Part shown: positions 1 to 10,461 of the stretch, in pieces
Layout of the letters: every line of letters starts with the position of its first letter
How positions within the stretch are numbered: the stretch's first letter is position 1
Origin: a virus
DNA: 64,000 nucleotides
IMG/VR virus record: IMGVR_UViG_3300027741_000025
Location: 80,364-144,363 of that record
Reading direction: 5' to 3' (one strand)
Notes under the pieces: generated by a model
Seen by the model: only the letters and a program-made list of their open reading frames with translations
What the model was told of the DNA's origin: nothing
The model's database searches: none
Translations under genes and position numbers: made by a program

Positions 1-154
1 CCCACAGACAACACGCTTAAAGTAATGTTTTCCATATGATTTCCAGGGTTTTATTAATTTAAAGAGCTGGGCATCCATGCCCAAAATTGATAATCCTAAT
101 CATCTCTACTTATATTTATCCTTCTCGTTTACATAAATTTTTTGTTTGATAAAT

Positions 155-991
155 TTAAAAAAAATTTTTATTATCAAGATAATTTTTTGCAACATCTGCG
201 ATAAAATTTGAACACCTTGTGTGTCTAATTTTAGATAAACACACCATTGGTTTGTCTGGATGCATGGAGAAATCATTTTTGCTGAACCAAACTTTATTGA
301 AACTCGGTTGTATTCCATGATCATAATTTATAATATTTTTAACAACATTTTCTAACATATTGCTTTCAATTGAATACGGTCTGATTTCAATGTTTGATGT
401 TTCTTCATCTTTAAAGAAAAGAGCATCCCAATTTTTCCAAACACTTAAATTTAATGCTGCTGTGTCAATTCCTAAAAATTCTTTTTTATCTAAAAAATAT
501 TTTATATATAACAAAACGTCTTCAAAAAAAGATACAGGCAGATTGTTGAAAGATATTGTGCTTCCAAATTTTATCCAATTGTTTTTAATTTTATCTTCTT
601 CTGAGGCTAGTTCTTCATAGTAATCACTAATTATATTGTGTGTTAAAAAAGAATCTTCACTCGACACTATTTTATGATCACCAATAGAAATATCACTACA
701 AAATACGCTACAGGGATTTAAAACTGTCACAGGAAAGATTTCTTTTTCATCACCCGCAGTCTTCAAAAAAGACTGCCATTTATTGAGGCTTAAATTTGAA
801 TGTGTTTTTTTAAAATAAAATACTTTGACATGCTCGGCTAAATTTCTGCAATCATACATCGACATAGAATCATCAATGCCAACAGTCACATACAGATTAT
901 TTTCTATGCCTTTTTCTTTAAAGCTTTGTATCAAAAGCTCTATCTGCCAACTGTGTTGGTAGCTATTTTCAATTGATACAAAATAATTCAT
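155..991 (-). CDS. Glycosyltransferase-like protein resembling the HPAT/serine O-galactosyltransferase (GT96-like) fold; DxD motif degenerate
   Basis: N-terminus YFVSIENSYQHSWQIELLIQSF resembles the plant SERGT1/HPAT start (FSVEC..YFDWQ...LMHSF); later NK, VTVLNPCSVF and IINYDHG..FNK blocks occur in the expected order. Confidence 0.5.
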   Translation of the reverse strand: MNYFVSIENSYQHSWQIELLIQSFKEKGIENNLYVTVGIDDSMSMYDCRNLAEHVKVFYFKKTHSNLSLNKWQSFLKTAGDEKEIFPVTVLNPCSVFCSDISIGDHKIVSSEDSFLTHNIISDYYEELASEEDKIKNNWIKFGSTISFNNLPVSFFEDVLLYIKYFLDKKEFLGIDTAALNLSVWKNWDALFFKDEETSNIEIRPYSIESNMLENVVKNIINYDHGIQPSFNKVWFSKNDFSMHPDKPMVCLSKIRHTRCSNFIADVAKNYLDNKNFF

Positions 992-1002
992 AGTAGGCTA
1001 AT

Positions 1003-1413
1003 TTACTTTGGGATGCTAAATTTTCCACAAAGCTTCTCAGCTGATGCTGAGGAGCCGACTTTTTCTTTGTATGATTCATTAACAAGCTTCTGATATACTC
1101 TGTAAACTTCACTGTATGCAACACCCCATGTTGCGTCATGTGAAAAATCATCGAACCTATCATCTGCTTCCATTGAATCCAACAGATGATTCCAGGCACG
1201 AGCATGAGCCCATTCATGAATTAATGTCTCTATGGCGAGATTTTCACTAAGATCTTTGTTTATTTTTATAAAGAATTTTTTCTTGTATTTAACACATTCT
1301 CCGTCGAGAGAACGGCTCATGATACACCTTCTGACACTAACAGGATACGCAATTGGTAAGTTTTTCTTTAAAAAACTGACCAATCTTTTGTAGTTTTTGT
1401 ATTTGTTATTCAT
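1003..1413 (-). CDS. Small HExxH zinc metallopeptidase-like protein (ImmA/SprT-like)
   Basis: ETLIHEWAHA motif and downstream H (SHDATW). Confidence 0.65.
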   Translation of the reverse strand: MNNKYKNYKRLVSFLKKNLPIAYPVSVRRCIMSRSLDGECVKYKKKFFIKINKDLSENLAIETLIHEWAHARAWNHLLDSMEADDRFDDFSHDATWGVAYSEVYRVYQKLVNESYKEKVGSSASAEKLCGKFSIPK

Positions 1414-1558
1414 GTTCGCCTCATTGTTAAAGTGTATTCAAAATCAACATTCGAATCAACAATAGTATTTAGTGTTTCTGGATTTTGTTTTTAAGTTATA
1501 TATTTTTTTGATATAAATCATTGAAAACAAAGGACTTACGTCAAGCAGAAAATGGCTA

Positions 1559-1587
1559 TTGACCCAACATTCAATGTGTGTTAGTAT
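1559..1587 (+). promoter_or_regulatory. Sigma70-type promoter with extended -10
   Basis: TTGACC (1559-1564), 17-nt spacer, TG-n-TAGTAT (1582-1587); AAGGA SD before the ATG at 1612. Confidence 0.7.
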
Positions 1588-1611
1588 CCCGCCAACCCAA
1601 AGGATAAACAA

Positions 1612-1893
1612 ATGAAAATTAAAGTTTTAAAGTTAATCACAGGTGAAGAAATCATCACTCAAGTTAAATCTGAGGATGAAAACACTGTTGTTCTTGTTGA
1701 ACCACAGAAATTTATTATGAGCCAAGAGGGTGTCGGATCAATGCCATTGATGCCCATGTCTAAGGATAAAGAGTATTCAATATTAAAAAGTCATGTTTTG
1801 ATAATATCGGAGCCAGATGATGATATTAAAAATGTTTATAATACAAAATTTGGTAGCGGCGTCGTAGTTCCAAGCGGTATCATCACAGGGTGA
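1612..1893 (+). CDS. Sm-like fold phage protein
   Basis: IKVLKLITGEEII...YNTKFGSGVVVP matches a small conserved protein of T4-like/large myophages. Confidence 0.65.
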   Translation: MKIKVLKLITGEEIITQVKSEDENTVVLVEPQKFIMSQEGVGSMPLMPMSKDKEYSILKSHVLIISEPDDDIKNVYNTKFGSGVVVPSGIITG

Positions 1894-1897
1894 ATAA

Positions 1898-2284
1898 ATG
1901 GCTTTTAAAATATGCCCAGAATGCAACGAGAAAAATCCAGCAAGAATAAGAAAATGTAAAAAATGCGAATCTATCTTTGGATTTAAGGCTAAGAAGAAAA
2001 AGCAAAAAAAAGAAACGGTAAGTGATTGGAAGATACTTATTCCTGGCGATCAAATAAAGGTCGCCAGCGGTGGTCCCGTATTTATTGATAAAGATAAAAA
2101 CGAACTACCCATGGGATATCATGGTAATTTTTCCGTCATATCTCTTGATAAAAATGGAATAATTGCCCATGGACTAGATAAGTGCTGTGGCTTTTGTCAC
2201 ATTTGGATGGGAGAAGAAAAAGAAAGCACTGCTGGCGTGTTTAAAAAACCACATAAAATTTACAAACTAGCTGCTAGGGTTTAA
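1898..2284 (+). CDS. Zinc-ribbon protein (L40e-like N-terminal CxxC..CxxC)
   Basis: KICPECNEKNPARIRKCKKC followed by a Lys-rich linker and a small beta domain. Confidence 0.55.
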   Translation: MAFKICPECNEKNPARIRKCKKCESIFGFKAKKKKQKKETVSDWKILIPGDQIKVASGGPVFIDKDKNELPMGYHGNFSVISLDKNGIIAHGLDKCCGFCHIWMGEEKESTAGVFKKPHKIYKLAARV

Positions 2285-2286
2285 AT

Positions 2287-2463
2287 TCACTTTTGATTTA
2301 ACTGGCAGTAATTGTACTTATCTCGACAGTTTTTACCCTCTTCATATCCTGCAATAAAAGCTTGTTCAAGTAGATCAAGGTTTTCTGCTTTAATTTTTTC
2401 GATTTTTAACCACTCGTTAAAAGATTCTGTTTTATTCTCAAAGCAGAAATCATCAACGCTCAT
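2287..2463 (-). CDS. Small hypothetical protein (58 aa, absent from ORF track)
   Basis: Manual translation MSVDDFCFENKTESFNEWLK...QAFIAGYEEG...NQK*; ATGA overlap with the patatin stop; fills the gap. Confidence 0.6.
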   Translation of the reverse strand: MSVDDFCFENKTESFNEWLKIEKIKAENLDLLEQAFIAGYEEGKNCRDKYNYCQLNQK

Positions 2464-3299
2464 ATAATATTCCTTTTTTTGAACAAGCTCTTAATTGCTT
2501 TTTTGTTGTATTTATTGTATTCAGTTTTACCGTACTCAACACCCGATTTACATTTATTAAAGTAAACTGAGTCAAATAAAAGTTCCTTTGGCTCAATAAG
2601 ATAAATATTTATCCCTTTATAATAAGGGTCATCTTCGTTCTTAATAGACTCATTTATATCTCTTGTCATTATTTCATATAAACTTATATCAAGGGCTCTA
2701 AAAGCCATCTCAGCAGGCTTTAAATAGCCTTTAGGCTTATCCCAGAAGCTTAGAGCTAAAGGTCTGCCCATAATAAGATATATTTCATTGCAACCAAAAT
2801 CAATACATTGTTTTAAAGGAGCTAATTGGCGACTACCAGCATCAACCCAGCCATCTACATCTTGAACAAGCCCTGTTATAGCCACACTCCCCAGAACGCT
2901 TTTGACAAACTCTTCTTTTGAAACCTGCATATTGGAGACATATTGCATCTCACCGGTGTGTATATTCATTTTAGATACAACACTCTCACATATTGGATCG
3001 TTTTTAACTGCGTTTTCTACTATTTTTTTCATCGGCTTTTGATTCATAACACCAGTCTTGTTCCAAAAAGTATAATTGATGCTAAAAACATCAAAAACAT
3101 TGGATATATTTGACCACATATCTGCTAATCCTTGTGGACCAAGATAAGAATAACTAGCGGCGCATATACTTCCGCTGGATATCCCTATTGTTAGATCTGG
3201 TTTGATTCCTTTTAAGCTCAAGGAAAGAGCAATCCCAGATTGAATGGAGCCGCGAGCACCCTCACCAGTAAAACAAAATCCTATTTTTTTATTCTTCAT
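2460..3299 (-). CDS. Patatin-like phospholipase
   Basis: GEGARG oxyanion loop, GISSG nucleophile elbow, DAG catalytic Asp. Confidence 0.85.
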   Translation of the reverse strand: MKNKKIGFCFTGEGARGSIQSGIALSLSLKGIKPDLTIGISSGSICAASYSYLGPQGLADMWSNISNVFDVFSINYTFWNKTGVMNQKPMKKIVENAVKNDPICESVVSKMNIHTGEMQYVSNMQVSKEEFVKSVLGSVAITGLVQDVDGWVDAGSRQLAPLKQCIDFGCNEIYLIMGRPLALSFWDKPKGYLKPAEMAFRALDISLYEIMTRDINESIKNEDDPYYKGINIYLIEPKELLFDSVYFNKCKSGVEYGKTEYNKYNKKAIKSLFKKRNII

Positions 3300-3933
3300 T
3301 GTTTCTCTTTATAAATCTCGCTAAGGGTGATGGCTTGCTTATAATTGAACTACCAGTTTTGGGTTTTTCTTCTTGATCTTGATTTGATCCAAATATGTCT
3401 AAGGTTTGTTGATCTTGTTGTTTTTGCTTATCATCCTCTGCCTTAGCACTTGCAAACCAATTTCTCAAAAACTTAACTTGGTCATCATCTATTTGTGGTT
3501 CTTTTGGAACAACAGGAGTTACCTCGGGTTCCTTATATTTTGACTTATACTTAGCATATTGTCTTGGGGTTAATTTGATCCATAAGTTTTTTGCTCCCAT
3601 AGCAGCAAGATCTCGCTCTTCCCGTGGCTTTAGTCTAACGCCTGTCAACTCTTGTTTTTCGTAAAGATGATCAATAGGTATTATGATTCTACTGCCATCA
3701 TTTTTTGACAAATCTAGAGCTTCTACGTGGCTTCTCTTTATTTCTACAACCTTAGCCAGTCTGGTGACGTTAGCCCCTTTAAGCTTAGTTTCAGGTCCTA
3801 GTTCTATAATATCGTTCAAAGACACAGACATTTTTACAGATTTTTTAACACTAATTTCAGGGCGATAAACCACATGCTTGGATTCAAATATTTCTTGCTT
3901 TTTTATCCATTCGAAAAAACTTTTTCGCTTCAT
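3289..3933 (-). CDS. Hypothetical phage protein with N-terminal KSFFEW motif
   Basis: Full ORF, TAATATATA just upstream, overlaps the next gene. Confidence 0.6.
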   Translation of the reverse strand: MKRKSFFEWIKKQEIFESKHVVYRPEISVKKSVKMSVSLNDIIELGPETKLKGANVTRLAKVVEIKRSHVEALDLSKNDGSRIIIPIDHLYEKQELTGVRLKPREERDLAAMGAKNLWIKLTPRQYAKYKSKYKEPEVTPVVPKEPQIDDDQVKFLRNWFASAKAEDDKQKQQDQQTLDIFGSNQDQEEKPKTGSSIISKPSPLARFIKRNNEE

Positions 3934-3980
3934 GATAAATTATATATTAATATTATACAATTTTTATCATAGTTAATAAT

Positions 3981-4340
3981 ATGGAAAAAGACTTTATAGA
4001 TAAAAAAGTAGAAGAGGCTGTCAAACAAACTTTAAAAGAGTACAAAGAATTTGCATTTAAACAAGATTTAGAAAAAGTTTGTTTAGCTGTAATATTAGGT
4101 GGCACTTTCGACAGCCTCATTAGAAATATTTCTGCAAACCTAATTATGCCATTTTTTGACTTTATAATAAACAAAACTCACGGTGGCTGGCGAGATTATA
4201 AATTGGTAATAGCAGACGGACTAGAACTGGGGATAGGCAAAATTGCCGGTGGTTTCTTGGATTTTGCCATAATAAGTGTTGTTTTGTTTATTGTTTTTCA
4301 AAAAATATTCAGAAACAAGATAGAGTCAACTAAAGACTAA
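3981..4340 (+). CDS. mscL: Large-conductance mechanosensitive channel-like protein
   Basis: LKEYKEFAFK..LAVILGGTF...LIMP TM1 and G.FL.F.II..V.F TM2 patterns. Confidence 0.8.
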   Translation: MEKDFIDKKVEEAVKQTLKEYKEFAFKQDLEKVCLAVILGGTFDSLIRNISANLIMPFFDFIINKTHGGWRDYKLVIADGLELGIGKIAGGFLDFAIISVVLFIVFQKIFRNKIESTKD

Positions 4341-4408
4341 GCATTATTCTTATTTTATTGCAAAACTATATCGAAGTGCTTTATGGTTTTGTTGCATATA
4401 TAATTCAT

Positions 4409-6802
4409 ATGCCCACAAATGTAGTACTATATTCATCGGATGGAACAAACTGGAATTATGTTCCCACCAATTTCATAGATAATGCCACATCAGGACAAAA
4501 CATATGGTGTTACGGTGATAATAAATACCTATATCTGGCATCGGATGGTGGAAGCGGAAATAAAATCTACTACTCTAGTGATTTGTCTACATGGACGAGA
4601 ATATCTGCAAACAGTCAAGATAATTCAACCCTTGGTGTCGCAAGTGGAACATTGTGGTCGATCATATATGACGGAAGCAAGTTTATTTGTTTGCTAAGTA
4701 ACCAAACACCAGCAAATTCTTCGGGTAGTCCTAGTGTTTTGTCAACCTCAACAGATGGTCTAAGTTGGACGCCAGTTCCTCCTATTATCGCCGGCAGCTC
4801 AAATGCACCAAATGGCAATCCATACTATGCTAAACATTGTATGAATTTTCGTGGAGTTACCAACATATTGTATAATGGCAGTAGCACCTACATGATAGAT
4901 GGATCTTTGCGAGAACAATATCAATCTGGCTCTAACTATGTTGATGGATCAAACTATTGGAAATGCATAAGTATAGATGGAACTAATTGGACTACCGCTC
5001 CTTATGAAAGAGTAATAGTGGGGGCATCATGCTATGGTGATAATAAGTTCGTAGAAATAGCCTATGACTCAAGTAATGTCTTATCATGTTATATAATAAC
5101 AGTCAATTATGACGCTACAATAAGCTATACTAAGTATTCAAGCCCTTTTTCTTCTTACAATAATACTTGGAACGGCTTCAGCAAACAATACAGCATGGAT
5201 TATGGAAATGGTAAATTTGTAGCAGTAAGACTATCAAACCCAGCAATTATAGCTTATAGTAGTAATGCTATTAATTGGACTGAGGTTAGCATCCCCGTAT
5301 CTGGTAGTAAAATCTGGAATGGTGTTAAGTTTGGTAATGGTATTTTTATTATAAATCAATATGGTGCTGGTGACGACACATATTTATATTCATCGGATGG
5401 TATGAATTGGAATGTTGGTCATCACAGCTCACATTCTTCTTTTTCTCAAGAGGCATCATTTGCCAATGGTCAATTTGTGTTTTTTGCTGAGGACCCCAAT
5501 ACTACTCCTACACCAACGCCGACCAAGACATCTGCACCAACACCAACACCAACACCAACCAAGACATCTACACCAACACCAACCAGGACATCTACACCAA
5601 CACCAACCAGGACATCTACACCAACACCAACCAGGACATCTACACCAACACCAACCAGGACATCTACACCAACACCAACCAAGACATCTACACCAACACC
5701 AACACCAACACCAACACCAACACCAACACCAACACCAACATCAACATCAACATCTACACCAGGACCGACAGCAACTGCAACTCTCACGCTTGGACCAACT
5801 ACCCCAACTCTTACCAAGACACCAACTGCTACCCCAACTCTTACTAAGACACCAACTGCTACCCCAACTCTTACTAAGACACCAACTACAACTCCAGGAC
5901 CAACTACTACTCCAACTGCAACGCTAGGACCAACAGCAACTGCAACTCCTGCTACAACAGAATTTCCTGCAACTAAAATAAGATTTTATACCATGGAGTT
6001 GGTTTTAAAAGTTTTTGTAGACCCAAAAATTACATTTGGAAAGCTAGTTGATTTTAATGATCTTTCTAAAGATGTTGGTTTATATTTTTATAATGGCATA
6101 GGAAATAGAAATGTTGATCCAAGCACTTGTATGCCTATAAGAGCAGTAGGACAATATTTACAATTTGTTCCAAAGGCTGGTCCTGGTAATACTGCGATGT
6201 CTCAGAATGATTACAACCAAATAGTTTTAAAGAGAGAAGAGACAGAAAAAGTTACTGTGTATTTAAACAAGGTAAAACAATTTGAGTTTTATGATTATGA
6301 AAAATACGCAGTAATAGACTCAAATTCTTTATGGTTTTTCAAAGATGATAATATTACAAATAATGAAGAGTTTAAATATAGAGTCTCTAAGATAGTAATA
6401 TACCCTGATCCATTATCTGATGAAGAAATCGAGAGTTTGCCAATATTCCACGGAATTACATCTGATTGTGTGATAGGAACACCAGAACCAACAGCTTCTC
6501 CGCTACCAACACCCACACCAGAAGTTTGCATTGTAGATATTAGCGATGTCCCAGAAAACCTATATACTTTCAAAGATTGCCCAGACCCAGCAGATTATTG
6601 CTATACCACAAGCTTTATTTCTCATTTAACAAATATTTATTCAACAAATTATTCAAGAGAATGCCGCTCCACAAGCACGGGCGTTGGATACAGAACAGAG
6701 TGCTTTTCAACAAGCTTTTCTACAAGCTGCTTTTGCACATCCACATCCACATCCACATCAGCATCTCATGGCTTTATAGATATGGTTGATTTTATTCCAT
6801 GA
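4409..6802 (+). CDS. Fibre/adhesin-like protein: YSSDGxNW-repeat beta-propeller, Pro/Thr stalk, LamG/ConA-like domain, Cys/Ser/Thr tail
   Basis: Repeated YSSDG.NW / YGNGKFV blades; PT repeats; YNQIVLKRE..KVTVYLN; ATG at 4409 preferred over TTG at 4358. Confidence 0.7.
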   Translation: MPTNVVLYSSDGTNWNYVPTNFIDNATSGQNIWCYGDNKYLYLASDGGSGNKIYYSSDLSTWTRISANSQDNSTLGVASGTLWSIIYDGSKFICLLSNQTPANSSGSPSVLSTSTDGLSWTPVPPIIAGSSNAPNGNPYYAKHCMNFRGVTNILYNGSSTYMIDGSLREQYQSGSNYVDGSNYWKCISIDGTNWTTAPYERVIVGASCYGDNKFVEIAYDSSNVLSCYIITVNYDATISYTKYSSPFSSYNNTWNGFSKQYSMDYGNGKFVAVRLSNPAIIAYSSNAINWTEVSIPVSGSKIWNGVKFGNGIFIINQYGAGDDTYLYSSDGMNWNVGHHSSHSSFSQEASFANGQFVFFAEDPNTTPTPTPTKTSAPTPTPTPTKTSTPTPTRTSTPTPTRTSTPTPTRTSTPTPTRTSTPTPTKTSTPTPTPTPTPTPTPTPTSTSTSTPGPTATATLTLGPTTPTLTKTPTATPTLTKTPTATPTLTKTPTTTPGPTTTPTATLGPTATATPATTEFPATKIRFYTMELVLKVFVDPKITFGKLVDFNDLSKDVGLYFYNGIGNRNVDPSTCMPIRAVGQYLQFVPKAGPGNTAMSQNDYNQIVLKREETEKVTVYLNKVKQFEFYDYEKYAVIDSNSLWFFKDDNITNNEEFKYRVSKIVIYPDPLSDEEIESLPIFHGITSDCVIGTPEPTASPLPTPTPEVCIVDISDVPENLYTFKDCPDPADYCYTTSFISHLTNIYSTNYSRECRSTSTGVGYRTECFSTSFSTSCFCTSTSTSTSASHGFIDMVDFIP
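5505..5950. repeat. In-frame tandem repeats (24, 6 and 30 bp) encoding a Pro/Thr stalk
   Basis: Units acaccaacaccaaccaggacatct, acacca and gctaccccaactcttactaagacaccaact. Confidence 0.9.
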
Positions 6803-6803
6803 T

Positions 6804-9146
6804 TCAAGAAGATAAAATTTTATCTATATAAAAGCCAGACACATAATCGATTAGTATGTATAAGTAGTCATTCACATAATTAAATTTTAAGTCTATTATT
6901 TCACCATCACCGTAGTACAATAACGAAGTATTGGTCAAAGAAGAATTTATTTTATATAAACTGTTTCCATGAGAAGTATTCCCTGGGGCTCCACAGATAT
7001 AAACATAACCATTTTGTTCATCGATGTCCATGCTGATATGTTCCACGAAACTATTGGTCGGTTGATTATTCACTAAAGTGATAGAAGATCCAATAGTATT
7101 ATTGGAATTCACCAGAGTTACTTTTAATGTAATGTGTCCTGAAGAACTCCAATCATCATTGACTGTAGCAACATATGTCAAATCGTTAGTTGTGTTAGAC
7201 TTTATAGCTACGATATACTCACCAGAGGGTAGGGTCAATGTTTCTATTGCAGAGTTGTTGGATGTATTTATAATATGCACAACATTTGAATAAAAATTGG
7301 CTACATACAATTTATTAGAATGGGTGTTGATCTCCATAGAACCATTGGGATAAAAATCACCAGATATCGTGGTTAAAATAGAGGTTGTTGTGTAATTTCT
7401 AACTACTAATTGATTAAGACCTTCTGCTGTAAATATTTTATTGTTTACACTATCTAGCGCTGCATTAAATATAGCGTATGTGGGATCACCGTTTATTGTG
7501 GCGACAACAGAATCAGACGCTAAATCAATAATGCTGGCAGTTTTGCTTACATAATTTACAACTATTGCCTTTCTTTGAGTTCTATCCACACTAATAGTTG
7601 AGGGTTGAGCGCCAACAGTGATAACATTGCTGACAGAGTTGGTGTCATTATCAAAAACCCAAACAGTGTTGGTCTCTCCACCAGTACTGCCAGTGTTTAA
7701 TATATAAAGTTTGTTCGAAGTTGTGTCTAGATCCATTGCGTCTGGAAATGTCATTCCCAATAAAGTCAGGGATATTGGCGTGGCTGCTGGTGTAGCAGTT
7801 GGTGTAGGCGTAACAGTTGGTGTTTTAGTAGGTGTAGCACTTGGTGTAAGCGTAGATATTGCTGTTGCTGTTAGTGTAAGCGTAGGTGTTGCTGTTTGTG
7901 TATGTGTAGGTGTTGGTGTTGCTGTTTGTGTAGGTGTTGCTGTTTGTGTAGGTGTTGCTGTTTGTGTAGGTGTTGCTGTTTGTGTAGGTGTGGCAGTTAG
8001 TGTAGGTGTGGCAGTTAGTGTAGGTGTAGGTGTTGGTGTTGGTCTCACATCATCACAATCTCTCCAATCAAAATAATTATCAGAATAATATTTGAAGTTT
8101 GTTACTAATTCTCCTGCTATACAAGCTGATTGATTTTTTAAAACATTAACTCTTTTGCCCAATATGGCCACCACAGATCCCCCAATATTGATCCAGTCGT
8201 ACCCAGATTGCCGCATTACTCCGTCCTTGTAAGCAACTAACTCCAAATCAACATTGCCAGATTGTCTTGTGTTATACCAAAATGCTTTCAAAGAGCCGCA
8301 TATAGAAAAGCTATCACTATTAGAATCTCTTATATTTTTGATATACATAACAACGGATTCATAGCCAGTACCAACATTATCCCCGCCCCACTCATACCAG
8401 GGCAAAGCGGGTGCATCAGGGTATAAACGTTTTTTGCACCAACCAACTTCATGTCCCTGTTCAGAACCATAAGAAATTGATGTTCTTGTGTCTAAATCTA
8501 ATCCATCTAAGAACTTATATCTCACTACTATAAAATCGGCATCTATAAAACCTACATCTACTATTGGTGTGGCTGTTGGTGGTATAATTGTGGGCGATGG
8601 TGTTATCGGGCAGCAAGCACAATTGCATATAGGCTTAAGTTTTGTGCACTCCACCAGACTCTCAATTGCAAGCTTAAGTCCTGTGCCTTTTTCTACTCTT
8701 ATAACAACAGCATTGTTGCCATCTACTATATCGCAAGCATAGTTGTAGTTTTCGTTGTATGGAACAAGATCTTTTGTTCTTTCGTTCCACTCTCTGAGAT
8801 TATTCTGGAAGTAAAATCTGACGTCTTTGGATATCGGGCAAGATAATCCACAAAGATCAAAGTGCCCGAATTTATTTGGAATTTGATCGAGAGAGCCAGC
8901 ACCATAACAATCTTCCCAAGATATAAATATTGTATTAACACTAACGCCTTGTGTTGGCTCTGGTGTCGTGAGTGGACAACAAGACATATACTCCAGATTA
9001 TTCCAGTGTTTAACTCCATCGCCAATTTTCAATTTTCCCGTGTTTATCTCAAACCCAGGTTCACCCAAAGCTAAAATCGGATTAGCATCATACCACTCTT
9101 GAAAAGTTCCATTTCTCAGATGTATTTGCGTGAATGGCGTTGTCAT
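6804..9146 (-). CDS. Fibre protein: Mtd_N domain, shared modules, PT stalk, YVTN-type beta-propeller
   Basis: [40 protein letters not shown] (Mtd_N); NKLYV.N..SN.V.II blades. Confidence 0.75.
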   Translation of the reverse strand: MTTPFTQIHLRNGTFQEWYDANPILALGEPGFEINTGKLKIGDGVKHWNNLEYMSCCPLTTPEPTQGVSVNTIFISWEDCYGAGSLDQIPNKFGHFDLCGLSCPISKDVRFYFQNNLREWNERTKDLVPYNENYNYACDIVDGNNAVVIRVEKGTGLKLAIESLVECTKLKPICNCACCPITPSPTIIPPTATPIVDVGFIDADFIVVRYKFLDGLDLDTRTSISYGSEQGHEVGWCKKRLYPDAPALPWYEWGGDNVGTGYESVVMYIKNIRDSNSDSFSICGSLKAFWYNTRQSGNVDLELVAYKDGVMRQSGYDWINIGGSVVAILGKRVNVLKNQSACIAGELVTNFKYYSDNYFDWRDCDDVRPTPTPTPTLTATPTLTATPTQTATPTQTATPTQTATPTQTATPTPTHTQTATPTLTLTATAISTLTPSATPTKTPTVTPTPTATPAATPISLTLLGMTFPDAMDLDTTSNKLYILNTGSTGGETNTVWVFDNDTNSVSNVITVGAQPSTISVDRTQRKAIVVNYVSKTASIIDLASDSVVATINGDPTYAIFNAALDSVNNKIFTAEGLNQLVVRNYTTTSILTTISGDFYPNGSMEINTHSNKLYVANFYSNVVHIINTSNNSAIETLTLPSGEYIVAIKSNTTNDLTYVATVNDDWSSSGHITLKVTLVNSNNTIGSSITLVNNQPTNSFVEHISMDIDEQNGYVYICGAPGNTSHGNSLYKINSSLTNTSLLYYGDGEIIDLKFNYVNDYLYILIDYVSGFYIDKILSS

Positions 9147-9192
9147 AATTATAAATTATATAGTTTTTATCCGATTAATTGTCAAAAAGACT
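8620..9192. repeat. Copy 1 of ~550-bp direct duplication (partner 12524-13096)
   Basis: Long identical runs such as ttgtagttttcgttgtatggaacaagatctttt and tgtgtttatctcaaacccaggttcacccaaagctaaaatcggattagcatcataccactcttga. Confidence 0.95.
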
Positions 9193-9207
9193 AGCCTCTG
9201 CCTGCTA

Positions 9208-10452
9208 TCATGATACATATCCAACAAACTGAAGGCTATTAACTGATGATTTATTGTTTTTAATTTCCATCTTATAGTATCTATAAGATGCCGGGGATGT
9301 TATGTTATATTTATAAATCCCCGAATAGGATGTGTCCGACCCAGATCTATTATCAAGCGAATTCCATGTAGAATTATCATTTGATCCATATAAAGTCCAT
9401 GCTGTGAGTCTGTAGCCCCTGTTGTAGTTATCCGCATATATTCCACTTGTAATGTTGTAATAGCTTAGAGTGACGGCAACTCCGAAATCAAGATATCCAA
9501 CTCCTCCTGTTTCAAAAGGACCCCAAGCAGATCGGGAAAGATCATAATATTTGTTTAGAGAGCTTACGGAGCTACTTTGGTTAGGGAATAATCCAAAATC
9601 ACTACTAATATTTGCGCAATATCTAAACCCGAGATTTGAAAAAACTCTAGCGAAACTTGACCTATGACCTGTCCCAGGTGTTTCAACAAGAACAGAGCCA
9701 AAACCATCAATACATTTGGCTGTTGGAAACAATGTATATCCTCCATGAAGTTCACAAGGAGTACTAGGACTTTCATACCCCAAAATTTGCATTTCCCCAA
9801 TCTGAAAAGCTTGTTCATTACGCAGGTCAGACACACTTCGCCCGCCTTTAGTAACTATTAATCTATAGTTTTTATAAGCCGTAGCACCAGAAACAGAATA
9901 CTCTGAGTAAGAACAATTTCGGGCGAGCTTGCTTGTTGCGTTCGGAAATTTACCTTGAGATGTTCTGGCATCTACAGTTGTCCAAGTAACACCATCGTTT
10001 GTTCCAGACAAATACCAGTCTTGGGGAGTTTGGTCACTCATATCACCATATTGGTTTGTAATATCGTCAAATAGATTTCCAATAACCCCTGCTCCAAAAG
10101 CATTATACATCCTGTATTTTGTAATTACCACAGGAAGACCAAAACTAAAATATGCCTTAGATCTTGATACATAACCAGTTGTTCCTCCTCTCATTGAGTT
10201 TTTATAAAATGAATCATAAATACTTTGGTACGGCAAAATTCCTGTAAATAAATTATTAACATAATTTATACTTTTTGTAGTCCCATCAATTAAACTAGAG
10301 TTATTGTATCTATTTCCAGAATAAATTATTGCTTCTGTATTATTTACATAATTATCACTAACAGAAAATTTATAGTATGACTTATGAGTAGAACTTACGT
10401 GTGTGTTATCATACATTGTTCCTCCTCCTACTAAAATTCTTTCGGTCGGCAT
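9208..10452 (-). CDS. Tandem discoidin (F5/8 type C)-like domain protein
   Basis: Two copies of P.dW.l.GsNDg.tW..lD.R ... Y.yYrl; paralogue of the C-terminal half of 10462-13065. Confidence 0.75.
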   Translation of the reverse strand: MPTERILVGGGTMYDNTHVSSTHKSYYKFSVSDNYVNNTEAIIYSGNRYNNSSLIDGTTKSINYVNNLFTGILPYQSIYDSFYKNSMRGGTTGYVSRSKAYFSFGLPVVITKYRMYNAFGAGVIGNLFDDITNQYGDMSDQTPQDWYLSGTNDGVTWTTVDARTSQGKFPNATSKLARNCSYSEYSVSGATAYKNYRLIVTKGGRSVSDLRNEQAFQIGEMQILGYESPSTPCELHGGYTLFPTAKCIDGFGSVLVETPGTGHRSSFARVFSNLGFRYCANISSDFGLFPNQSSSVSSLNKYYDLSRSAWGPFETGGVGYLDFGVAVTLSYYNITSGIYADNYNRGYRLTAWTLYGSNDNSTWNSLDNRSGSDTSYSGIYKYNITSPASYRYYKMEIKNNKSSVNSLQFVGYVS

Positions 10453-10461
10453 AATTCACCT

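Noticed and set aside
1-105. Start of a further minus-strand gene at the window edge
   Set aside because: Two open frames with candidate ATGs and too little sequence to choose between them
1898-2284. Ribosomal protein eL40
   Set aside because: Only the zinc-ribbon pattern matches; the protein is much longer with an unrelated C-terminus
2460-3299. CBASS CapV effector
   Set aside because: No CD-NTase or other cap genes nearby
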